From assembly GCA_022813965.1 (NCBI GenBank), contig JALDZS010000006.1, forward strand, positions 186,001 through 250,000: DNA of 64,000 nucleotides, read 5' to 3'. Under the pieces are notes generated by a model. It ran no database searches. It saw only the letters and a program-made list of their open reading frames with translations, and had not been told where the DNA came from. Shown here one piece after another: positions 24,618 to 35,859 of this stretch. Numbering within the stretch: the stretch's first letter is position 1; the number at the start of each line of letters is the position of its first letter. This DNA comes from Toensbergia leucococca. Its lineage: Eukaryota. Position numbers and translations under genes: made by a program.

Positions 24618-25340
24618 TCAATGATTTTCTTCCATCTCAACAAGCCTCCTGAGCATTTGAAACGTGTCTTTCGCCTTTCTCTTCATCTCGGCCCTCACCT
24701 CCTCCGGACAAGCCGAGAACTTATCTGGATGGAACTGATGTGTCAACCTGCGCAAAAAGTCATGACCGTACTGACCTGACCCCCTGAGCATACGCTCAAG
24801 ATCATGATGGCAAGCTTGAAGATAATCCCCCTTGAGGCAGCCGTTTCTCCTAGCGCCAAGATTTTCGCAGCCGTAGGATAGCGGGTCAGGAAATTGCACC
24901 AGTTTCGAGGGATCGCTGAGCGTCTGGCAGGACGCATTCCATTCTTCCCATGCCTTTTTTGCGCTCCGTTCTTCCTCTAACCCTACGCGCCACGCTTCCT
25001 ATAATGATTGTACGTCATCGATATCTGACTCTGAAGTATCACGCTTGAGCGCTTCATAGAACTCCTTGAACACCACCCAAGCCTCCCAAGCTTTCTCTAC
25101 GCTGGCGACAGTCTGTTCGTTGTCTCTCAAGATTCCCATGGCTCGAAGACAACGAATCGTGCTCGCAATTGCCGACGGACTGGCTCCCTCGTGAAATAGA
25201 CGCGGCATGGCCGACTGTAAGCTGCAGAGGTCTTTCTTAAGGATTTCTTTTTTTCGGACTGTAAGAAAGTTGAATAAAAATGAGACGTGTGTGGGTGAGA
25301 GACTGGCTCTAGGTGTTCGGATGAGCTTGAACAATGGCAT
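24618..25340 (-). pseudogene. Hypothetical protein with C-terminal HPDKF (J-like) helical motif, interrupted by one in-frame TAG at 24999-25001
   Basis: ORFs 24999..25352 and 24618..24899 are in the same frame, and the 99 nt between them are stop-free (EAWRVGLEEERSAKKAWEEWNASC...). The C-terminus reads LRRLTHQFHPDKFSACPEEVRAEMKRKAKDTFQML. Confidence 0.6.
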
Positions 25341-26305
25341 TGTTGTGAGCACAAAGAAAGGTTCTTGTCTTAATCTTCATGGTTGAACAAAGAGATGCAA
25401 TACTGCCGGACAAAAGAGCACTGTTCAACAGGAGCCGCCACAGAAATGCTGCACTAAACACTGTCCCAATTCTGTCCAATCTCTGAATCTAGAACTTCAT
25501 CCGAGCTCTCTAGAGACAAATCTACCGCCATACAGACAGCATCCTCGATCTGAGATACGCTCTGGCCCCAAAATCTACCCGTCCGCGGCACCCGGCTCAC
25601 TCACCTCTCACTCCTACCACCACCGAGCCAGAAAAAGCCTCTCGGTGCCCCCCAAAATTGCCTCCAGCTAGCCATGTCGTCTACACCGCCATCAAAGAAA
25701 TTGGACGCGAAACAGTCTTTGATTTCAACTGGAGCACCATTGTGTGCAACAGCTAGTTCCTTCCCAACCAGGTCTCCCAACCGACGCCTGTGTGTAAAAG
25801 TCACGGACAGGACTTTGGGTTGCATAGATGCGTAAATTCCACAAATTCGTCCCTCCCGCTTTCCCCTGAATAGTCAAGGTATCTTTTGCACGTGACTAGC
25901 CTCAATGGCTGAGAGAAGAGAAAGAAGAGAACCGAGAAAATTGATGAGTGAATCATCGCCCTGAACAAATCTCTTGGTTGCCGTATGATTGTATCCATAG
26001 AACTAATGCAAAAGAATCAATCTGCATTCCATCATCAAAGCTCATCAAAGTATGAAAGCGCATCCAAAATCATATCTGCTTTCTAGTCTCATTGAAGGCA
26101 TTCATATAAACTCGTTCTACAGAGCACAACCAGAACCGCAAACCATGACTCAGAAACTGCCTCGACGCTAGCACGGCAGGTAAGAACAGAATCCAAAAAA
26201 AAATAAAGATAGTCAAAAGTACATCAGTTCCGAGATGCGAAAAAGGGGGGATGGGAGATAAGACTATCCCAAAAGTCCTCTCGCTCTCTCTCTTTGTGTC
26301 CTCAT

Positions 26306-26933
26306 AATGGTGGTTATGGAGCTCGGCACGGTCTCCATCCCCCCAGAAAAAGAAAAGCCCATTGAAAGTAGGGTAGATTTATTTACCCCCTTTTTTTTGG
26401 CTCGCGTTCCTCTTCATATAAAGGGTCTAGCGTATCAGGACCTGTGATTGATATGGGTGTGATTATTTGTCTGTGTGATGGGGATCAAACTGACTCCGGT
26501 GGCAGGGCGAAGGTTCCATGTGGGGAGTAGGTGTGCGGGATGCGTTTCTGTTTGTAGCGTTGTTTGATTTGGTTTGATTTAATTTGGATAAGGTAGGTAT
26601 GTAATCAAATCCCATCTGAACCTGATACAAAAGGTTGTCGTAACGTGGGATGTGTATCCTTCAAGCCAGTGATAAGCCGCTGCTAACGGATCCAGTTCTC
26701 CTAAGAAAGGGTTTCATAGGAACGAGATGGCAGTTGGCACCAGTAGCCCTAGCGGAGTCGAGTATCTCACTCTCGAATCCCATGACGATAAAGGAAAAGT
26801 CATTGCCAAGCGGCAAGTGGCGAGAAATCCCGATGAACAGGCCAGGGTATTTTGCTTCGATATTCGCTCCTGTTTATCCTTTCTCGCAGGCCGATGGAAT
26901 AACATTCAGAGCAACATCAATTATTTCGAATAA
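26306..26933 (+). CDS. Orphan multi-exon hypothetical protein (possibly partly degenerate; 5' end uncertain)
   Basis: Two clean introns join NLDK|VVVTWDV|SPKKGFHRNEMAVG...RWNNIQSNINYFE*. An upstream segment reads MVVMELGTVSIPPEKEKPIE. The middle segment carries a TGA and apparent frameshifts. Confidence 0.45.
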
Positions 26934-26950
26934 ACCTGAGATATCCAATA

Positions 26951-27897
26951 TCAAGTACGACTCAAACCTCCCCGTCGACCGCCTCTGCCAAACCGAATGC
27001 TAGGTGGTACAAACCTGAGAGCGGACATGGTAGCAGTGAGATTGTCGATTTCATCATGGGGGACCGGTAGAGGTGGTGATTCACGACCTTGATCTCGGAT
27101 TTGAGAAGATCCTACATCGGGTGATTCGGCCCTAGTAGCTGTGCCTAGACCTTTTTGGTTTTCCTTTGAAACAGGTAAAATATTAGAAGTGGACACCGAA
27201 GACATTGATCTCATCTGCTGGTCCCTATGCAGAGCTCGTGATGCGGCAGAGCTACGTCTACGATGGCGCGTTCGAAGCATAGAACTTCTCTTGTCGATTC
27301 CATCATCCACGACTAAGAAATCGTAGTTCTAAGATTGATCTTAGCAAATAGAAAATCATAAGTATTTGATTATGCACGCATACCTTGGGGAACATGTGCT
27401 TGTCTACGAGGTGCATGCGACGCTTCTGCGGCGCAGAGCAAACCTTGTCGCAGTCCTCGACGAAGCATCGGTACTAATTACATTGGAGTAATCAGCTCCA
27501 TCAACTTCATGTAAGGCTTCAACTTTGGTGGACTCACAGTCTTCTCACCTCTGTCCCTCTTAGCCGCATTCAATGGATCATGGTTCTCTTCGATGTGCAG
27601 GCTTAGAAAATGGTCCGTGGGGAAATTCTTGCGGCACTCGGAGCAACGATTCGCGTGGCTTTTTGCATAGTGTACGTCGTAGTCCTCGAAACTACTGAAA
27701 GCCAACGTCTCATGGTGAGGCGGGAGAGAACATCTCATCACTTCTTTTGGGTGGACTTCGGCTTCAAAGTGGGTGAATTTGGAGGAGCGGGATGGGGAGT
27801 GGTCGGAGGTTGGGGACGAGGGGCCTGAGTCGATGGTGGAGACCGAAGGTGCATTGTCAGATGGAGGGGAGGGCGAATCCCGCAAGCGTTTGACCAT
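26951..27897 (-). CDS. C2H2 zinc-finger protein, ZNF511-like, 3 exons
   Basis: CSLPPH...YDVHYAKSH; CSECRKNFPTDHFLSLHIEENHDP; spliced YRCFVEDCDKVCSAPQKRRMHLVDKHMFPK|NYDF; C-terminal SALRFVPPSIRFGRG. Confidence 0.88.
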
Positions 27898-28289
27898 GAT
27901 TGATGTAGCGGTGAGAGACTCTTCGACGGCAAAAGTCCCCGCATCAATCATCCGTATGGGTGATTAGTAACATGTTGTTTGTCTCAAAGTGTCTGGTGAT
28001 GTCTGCGTGCTTCCTCATCTTCTCAAATCTACTATATCCGGAAAACCCAGAAACATCCGTACAAAGTGTACACTGCAGCAATATAAATTCCTCCAAATTA
28101 GCTAAAGCAGTCATGCTAATACTATGTCACTATGGATTTTCATGCGGAATACCCGAGATATAGGAATGCCATGATTGTTGTAACGCAATAACGTCTCAAT
28201 TTCCAACCACGTGCCCCTGATACATTTTGAGTAAAGCACCCAAATGCTCTCAAATTTCAATCCTAGCCGTTTGAGAGGCTAATCTCTGC

Positions 28290-28855
28290 TCATCCTGTCA
28301 TGCGTTTTCGTTTCCTGTGCCTTGAACTTCCTCGCTCGAATGGAAATTCTGATCGATCTTCAGAACGAAAAACGGTAAGTTTGGTCATAAGACAGAAAGG
28401 AAGAACGAGGATTCGTACCAAGAATATTTGTGGGGCTCCCATCAGTTGTCTCTCCGCAATCACATTGCCCTTTCTGTCTTTGAACAGCAATGTAAATAAA
28501 CATATTTGACTATCTGTTATACGGGCTTCAGAAGCCGACAAAATGCTCTCAGGATGGTCCCTATAATTTCAGACCTGATGAGCCGTGAATGCGCATTGAT
28601 GTATGATTCATGGGCTTACCTGATGACGACTTGATCGATTTTTTTGAGCTCATCTTGTTCAAGGGGAACAGTCATTCCTTCTCTTAAGGCTCTCCTTACC
28701 GTGCTTTCAAGAAGAATATGGCAAGGTTCACCCTCAAGCGTTAGATTAACTCGCTTCCAACCTGCCACCTTTCCCGCCACATAAAGCTCAACATCGACGT
28801 TCTTCTGACTCGATATTATTGCTGTACCGAGAGGAGTGACCGCTGAACTCGTCAT
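28290..28855 (-). CDS. Orphan multi-exon hypothetical protein (5' end may lie further upstream, 29-30 kb)
   Basis: ORFs 28616..28855 and 28290..28541 are joinable through a GTAAGC..TAG intron; basic C-terminus RHRKRKR (NLS-like). Confidence 0.5.
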
Positions 28856-30434
28856 TTGTGGGGAGAGTATAAGGGAGTTGGAGATGATGATGATATGATA
28901 TTCTCAAGGATGGTTGTGACTTCTTTATTACACCTTCCCATGTCTTCAATAGGTGTTGTAAGGTGAGTATCAGATATTCACTCTTTGCCTTTAACATTCA
29001 CTCAGCTCACCACAACCAGTGCGTATAAATGTTAATCAAGGTCTTGTTGAGGCTTGGTCATTGTTCAGTTGAGTTCTTAGACTCAATAGGAATCACAGCG
29101 TGTCAGACTAGCTCTCTGTCGCAGTTGTATCTTATCTCCTAAGATCAAAACGGTCTAAGAGATGAATTGTCTGAAATCAATTCGTACTCGCAGAAGAATC
29201 TGAACGAAACCCAGTGGGGCATCGTCTGTTGCCGACACTTTCGGATTGAGAGAATCTACCAGAGGGAAATAGGGACTGACCTAAAACCGGTGCCTACTTA
29301 CATTGGTGAGACAAGGTTCTTCTCGCGGGTGATGAGAACAGTGGATTTATCGGCATGCTCCTTTCGTTTCACCATGAATAATTTCTTGCAAGCATTACCG
29401 AAAGCCCTGACCTCGTTAGGGAACTTCGTATTTCAAGCAGTATCACCATATACACCCAGGCTGCAGCAGATTCGCAGGATCTTATTGCCTTGAGAATGCT
29501 GCTCATTAGCAAGTCAAAGGGAAGACAGTCCCAGGGGACGCAGGAGGATTGGTAAATTGAGTAGGCAGGTTTAAGCACCCTCTATAGAAACAACTTCACC
29601 AAAAGTGAGCCATTATCCTGAAACTCTAAGCATGGTGTCATGTTTCCGAGATGGGAAAATGCTTTGGGTGCTCCCGTGTCAATATCAACAGGAATCAAGA
29701 AACTTATTTCGAACCATTGAATCTGCAGACGGATTCCTGTTTTGATCCGTCTTTTGAAAAATGTGACAGGGTTAGTTTGGGTTGAATGAAAACGGCTCAG
29801 CTTCCAATTGAAACTGAGGACCTGTATTGAGCATCCGCCAGGTCTCTTTTGGCTCTTTGCTCTTCATCGCCAGAGTAAAGTACACTCTCGCATTGCGATA
29901 CCTGGATTGATTTGTCTTTCCATAACGAAAAGCCTTAATTTTGGGTCGAGCCCTCTGACAATCAGGACTTTGTGCTTTCCGGGGTATAGCGGTGGAACCA
30001 GGCTAGGTCTAGAGAGCTAGCCGTAGACTGATGCAGAGTTTTACTTCGAACCAGGCTTCAATTGCCTGTCATCGGCGAAAGGCCGAACTCGCAGTGGAAT
30101 ATCGCTGCATGGTGACAATTCAGCGTCAGATAATGCAGGAGCTACAACTGTGTTTTTTGCAACGGAAGATGCTATGATGATAGATCCTTGATAAGAGATT
30201 CAGTCCAAAAGCCTTCCCGAGTGTCGTCGGAGCTCCGATGGTGCCGAGGTGGATTTGTCAGGAATGCGGCTTGCAGAAAGACTTGGCATCACTCGCATCT
30301 CTACGGAGTACTCGTACTTGTACCGAGTTGTCCTTAGACCTGGCATCACCACAGGAAAGAAGCTACAAGGCCATTTATAATTGCCAACGTTGCAATAAAA
30401 GTTGCTGAGAGCTTTGATTGATTGAAGGTCTCAG

Positions 30435-31510
30435 ATGCGAACCCAACACCTCTATCGATACTCCTACTGCTTCTGCCCCGTCTTTCGTCATAGGAAGACA
30501 CGAACTCCAGTGTCATTTGCTTCCAATATTTCACATCGTTCTTATACTACTCGATCCCAAGCTGCAATGACCGCAGCTGCCTCGTTCCGTCTGGATGCTT
30601 CCCTTTTTAATCCGACTTTGTACTCTCACATCAATCATTTCTGGTTTGCAGACTTACCCTCGGGAGCTACAGTACCAAGCCAATCAGTAATATCTCGATG
30701 GTATGGTACGGGGGAGGAAACTGAAAAAGAGGCCTTTGACGAGGCTTGTAGGTAAGTGCTCGGCCTAGCTTCCATCCCGAGCCATTTTAGTATCGTTGGT
30801 TCTCTTCCGTGCCCCACAGATAGTTTGACATATTCATTGGAGAATCAAGACAGAACTTCAAAGGTGTACTAGATTCCATCGGACCTGAAAAGCTAGTCCT
30901 TCCCCCATTCACGACTTATGAGGACGATCATGAGTGAGCGAGCGATATCGCTAACCCCTTTCTCGACGAACTTCGACGTCTCCTTGATAGTCAGGAGAAG
31001 GTCAACATGGTAGCCACGAAAGCCCTCAGCATGCTTATCTTGTTAGATCAACTACCTCGAAACATCTTTCGTGATACAAGTTCGAGTCGAGTTTTTGAGC
31101 ACTACGATCGCCTGGCCCTTGCCCTCAGTCTGAGTCTTGTCAAAGATCCTATTGTATCCAATAACAGTCCCGATGGCTGGCATCATCGATTAGATTTGCA
31201 TCCCAGCATCCGTCTTTACCCGGTGTTCCGTATTTGGTACTACATGCCGCTGATGCACTCAGAATACCTTCCAGACCATTCTGTCTTCCAAGCTTTGATG
31301 TCATCCCTCGTAGATGACGTGCAGCAAGCCCAGGACGAGGGCGCAGTGCAATATGCTCAGTATACTCAAAACTTTGGGATACAGCACGTCGAAATAATCG
31401 AGAAGTTTGGAAGATATCCGCATAGGAATACAGTGCTAGGCAGGCCATGGACCCAACAGGAGCGAGCGTGGGTGGATGCTGGAGGGTCAACATTTGGAAG
31501 CAAGATGTAG
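30435..31510 (+). CDS. DUF924-family protein (in-frame TGA at 30935-30937: pseudogene or intron-rescued)
   Basis: HFWF...RWY...FDEACR, LILLDQLPRNIFR, WYYMPLMHSE and IIEKFGRYPHRNTVLGR are DUF924 hallmarks. Alternative ATG at 30567. Confidence 0.85.
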
Positions 31511-31816
31511 GGAGTCTAGGAACGCACGAAACAGTAAAGTATAGGTAGGATGTTCAGCGAAGCCTACTCCTGCTTGTATTAGCATTTGAAAAGGATGAAG
31601 TAGAGGGTAATTGACATGGATTCGGGAATAAAAGATAATACTATCAAGCCTTAGCTGCGCCACCTGACTTCGAGTACTGCTCGAATCTTCCATCTTCCAT
31701 CATCATAACAACAGATAGTAACGGCTATTCAAGGCTCGTCCGTGTAGCCTACCTTCAGTAGCCTACGGATAGCGTCGCATCCGCACCTCATTCTCAACAT
31801 CAACCAGAATCCAATT

Positions 31817-33863
31817 ATGGACGAAATCATCCGGCGCCCAAGGCCGACCAAAGCTTGCCTGACTTGCCGTGAGCGTAGAGTAATGCGTCGTTCCTGAATT
31901 TCACCATGTTCCAAACACTCCTAATCTTCCGTCTAGGTCAAATGTGATCGAAACGAACCAGCATGTTCCGAATGCCAAAAAAGACAAATCCAGTGCGAAT
32001 ATATGACTGGTGTAACTCGTCCACTTCACTTCATCCCAGAACCAGATCACAGCTTAGGGGTGGAGAAGACTTCGATAGAAACCAGCTCAGGGCCCATCCC
32101 GGAGCAAGAGCAGAATGCAGACAGCGAAGACCATGGGCTAGGGCAGCGGGGTGCTGGTGTTCCCTTCTGGGCACTTGCAAACGCAGATGAGGCAAGTAAT
32201 CAAGCATAGGTACCATCTACTATTTGCTAAGAGATGCGCAAGAAAACTCTGGCACACTCGATATACCTACGTGATGCTATAACACGTACATGTGTTGTGC
32301 AAACCACGTCTTTGGCAGATGAGGACTTGGACAGTATCACCAAATGTCTTCCTACCCGAGACCAGTGTGACCTTCTCTTTCAAAGCTTCCTCACCAATGT
32401 GGACCCTGTGTTTTCAATTTGCCATGTCCCGACCTTGGAGTTTGAGTTTAGCAACTTCTGGATCGATTTCCCCAACTCCGTTTCCGTTGATTTTCTAATC
32501 TATATCTTATCCGTGCTCTACTCTGGTTGCGTTTGTCACCCTTGCGCTCAAGATCCCGAAACATCTACGTCCATTTTCGTTGTTTACCAGAGACTTTTGC
32601 ATTTACTTGATTTTCCAGCCAACATTGCCTCAACCATACATCTTCTTCAAGGCTATCTCATTTTCAACACTTGTCGGGCTAGTCAGATGGACCATTTATC
32701 TTCGTACGGATTCTTGCCACAAGCTATCCGAGTGGCACAATCACTCAGTTTGCATGTGGACGGTGGAACCAGTCTAGTAGGAGACGAAGTCAAACGACGA
32801 ATTTGGTGGCATCTAGTGTTCTTGGACGTCCAGGCGTCTATAGCGAGTGGCCTGCCTTGTATTATTCATCAAGACGACTACACTACACAAATGCCATCTA
32901 ATGTTTGGGACAGTGACATCTCAGGACAACACAATGAATCACAATTCGAGACACCGCAGCGTACGCCACCTATGATGCTTGCAATGGGTGGACGATTCGA
33001 GTGGGCATCCAAGATGCAGACGTGGATTAAAGGCGCACCCATGGATGAGGAAATCCTAGATTTCGAACGCTTCGTTGAGTCAACACTGGAACAAATCCCC
33101 GAAAATACTGGGAATGAGTGGGCGAGAACGTACCTCAAATTACAGATCGATCAAGCTTCTTGCTTGATGGGTTTTCGGAAAGGGAGTGCCGTCAAGACTT
33201 TGGACTGTCACGGTGGGACGGTAAGGTAAATCGTTCTCCAGCTATTTGCCAGCAGCTACTCATTACTGATCCCGTCTATCCAAAACCTCAAGATCAGCTC
33301 GACTATTTCTGAAGCATTATCTTTTGCTTTCAAATCTGCCCACAACAGGCAATTTCCATTGGCTCGTCCCGGGCCTAATTCATCCTCTTCATGCAGTCAT
33401 GGTCTTGCTCTTGCATTTGAACAGCTGCTTGTCCCTCAACGAGGAAAGTCGTCTCTCTAGAGACTTGGTAGATCAGATCTTCGGATTGAAAGTAACGCGT
33501 ATGGTGCAAGGGAGACTGGTCCTAGCAAACGTTATTGCAAGTGCCACAGGAGGAGCAGAAAAAGCAAGGCCTATGTACTGTCTGCTATGGAAACTTCGAT
33601 GCAACGTATGGCATGAGGCAGGGTGGCAACGGCTGAATCCCAATACCGATGATTGCTGTGGACACTGTTCTGACGTTTCGAGTCCACCAGCAACCATTCA
33701 CGGGGTGAAGCGTCACCATGGTAGCAGCAGCCAAGACCCTGTATTGTTCTCGGTACTCGACGCGGATGGTGAGAGCAATTCTCTTGAAGACTTTGACTGG
33801 GATGAATGGGACTCATGGATTGATCGATTTTCCCGAGTTGAGGAGCACAATAGAGGCGGCTGA
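31817..33863 (+). CDS. Zn(II)2Cys6 transcription factor with Fungal_trans (MHR) domain
   Basis: Spliced ACLTCRERR|VKCDRNEPACSECQKRQIQCEY; MHR motifs AIRVAQSLSLHVD, EVKRRIWWHLVFLD and SGLP. Confidence 0.92.
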
Positions 33864-34411
33864 TGGGTATATCTATCGAAAAGCATGTCGCTCACTAATG
33901 TCTTCGAGAAGCTTCGGCTTAGAGTTCTGTGGATATTTGAAGAGCACGGAGTGATGATAGGGAGGCAGCTAAGAAGACTTAGTGTGCATCTCGTGCGAGT
34001 ATTTCCGGATTAGAGAATTTGATTGGTCAGATTGGCCCGATGTCACTGTCATCATCTTGGGATGAAACTCTAGCTGAATACAGCCACTCTCGCGCGAGTA
34101 TCCGGGGAAACAGTAGACCGAAAACCGATCAATCAGACCATGGACCGATCAAATATCGATGTCCATCTTAATCTGTGATCGTTTACTCGCACAAGTACAC
34201 CCATATCTCGCACAATGATTGTCAAAAGCGAAACTCCGAGCACTCACGCTTGCTGGTGTACTAGATGTCTTGATGACTATAAAGGGGTTATCAAACTACA
34301 TTACTCGACTCTTCATAAATCCAAGTTCCACAATCATCAGATACCTTGCCATTGCCCATACATTGGCAGAAATACAGGAAAATATCATTGACAATAGCAC
34401 CTTTTTATAGA

Positions 34412-35488
34412 ATGTCTACAATCACTGTCGCCATCGCTGGCTTTACTGGCAAATTCGCACGATGTGTAACTACCCATCTCCTCACTCATCCACAAGTCCA
34501 GATCAAAGGCTTCTGCCGTAACCCCTCGAAGCTGCCCGACTTTATGAGCAACAACCCCCGAGTCACTGTCATCAAAGGTGATTCTTCCGACCTAGCTGCA
34601 TGCCGTGATGCAGTCCGCCACGCAGATGTCATCATCTGCAGCTACCTAGGAGACGACAACCTCATGATCGAAGGGCAAAAGACGCTCATCGACGCCTCCA
34701 TTGCAGAGAAAGTGCCACGCTACATCGCCAGTGATTACGCCCTCGACTTCCGCAATATTGAGCTTGGAGACATCGATAGTAAAGACGCCATGAAAAAAGT
34801 CCAGGCCTACTTGAAGTCGAAGAAGGAGATTGAGGGCGTGCACGTCCTGATCGGGTGCTTCATGCAGACCTTCTGGAGTTTTGTCGGCGGCTACGATGCT
34901 GCTAGCAACGCTTTCAAGTACTGGGGCACCGGCGATGAGAAATGGGAGCTGACGACGTACGACAATGCAGCAGAGTATGTAGCAGAAGTTGCAATGGATA
35001 AGACAGCAACAGGATTTCTAAAGTGTAAATTCCACCCCTTACAACCCAATGTCCAAATACCCAGTCATCTGACCCATCTACCGCCAACGTACAGTCGTAG
35101 GTGATAGCCTATCCACCAAAGAAATCGCCTCCGTCTTCACCTCCACCTACCACACCACCCCAACCCTCCACAATCTCGGCACCCTTCCCGAACTCTACAC
35201 AGCCATGAAGACGGCCAAAAAAAACAACCCCTCCAACCTCTACGCCTATCTGAACCAGTAAATTCCCCCCCCCCAGAGAATCCCTGACCCAAAATCCCCC
35301 TGCAACAGAAAGAAACGCAACAACCCATTAATCTCCAAAACAGACAATACCAATACTACATCCTCAACGGCCAGACTCTACTCGGGGACTCTGACAACGA
35401 CCGCTACCCCCACGTCAAGCCTGTAGGCGTCAAAGACTTCCTTGCAGACACGGAGTTGGCGACGTTGTCCAAGAGCGCTTACTTTTGA
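34412..35488 (+). CDS. NmrA-like NAD(P)-binding oxidoreductase, 3 exons
   Basis: Rossmann start VAIAGFTGKFA, EGQKTLIDA, RYIASDY, YWGTGDEKWELTTYDNAAEY; later exons VGDSLST..., YQYYILNGQ...DNDRYP...SAYF*. Confidence 0.9.
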
Positions 35489-35859
35489 ATTTGCACACCT
35501 TGAGGTCTCTAGAGAGAGAGGGGCGGAAGATGCTTTGCATCGGGTAAACTTTTGTTGTATACAGATCACGACTGGGGGTTGAATGTAGTTTCGGAAAGTA
35601 TGTGTTCAAGGGGGAGTGGCAATTGGGTCTTTCAAAACGGTCATATGTATTCAACGAAGTAGCATCTGTCATCCCACCTAATCTCGTTCATCAAACAAGA
35701 CCATCAATCCTTTTTCTGAGAGGCCCAGTCTGCTTGACTCGCATGCTCTCATCCAAACAATCCCACGACAAAGAAAATCAACTCACCCAAACAAAACAGA
35801 AATCTGGAATTGCAAAAACAGTTCAGACAAGCGTAACCATCCATCCCCTTCTTCCCCGT

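Noticed and set aside
29000..30300. Fragmentary ORFs upstream of the 28-kb orphan
   Set aside because: Frequent stops in all frames; no gene model or transposon motif could be assembled by eye.
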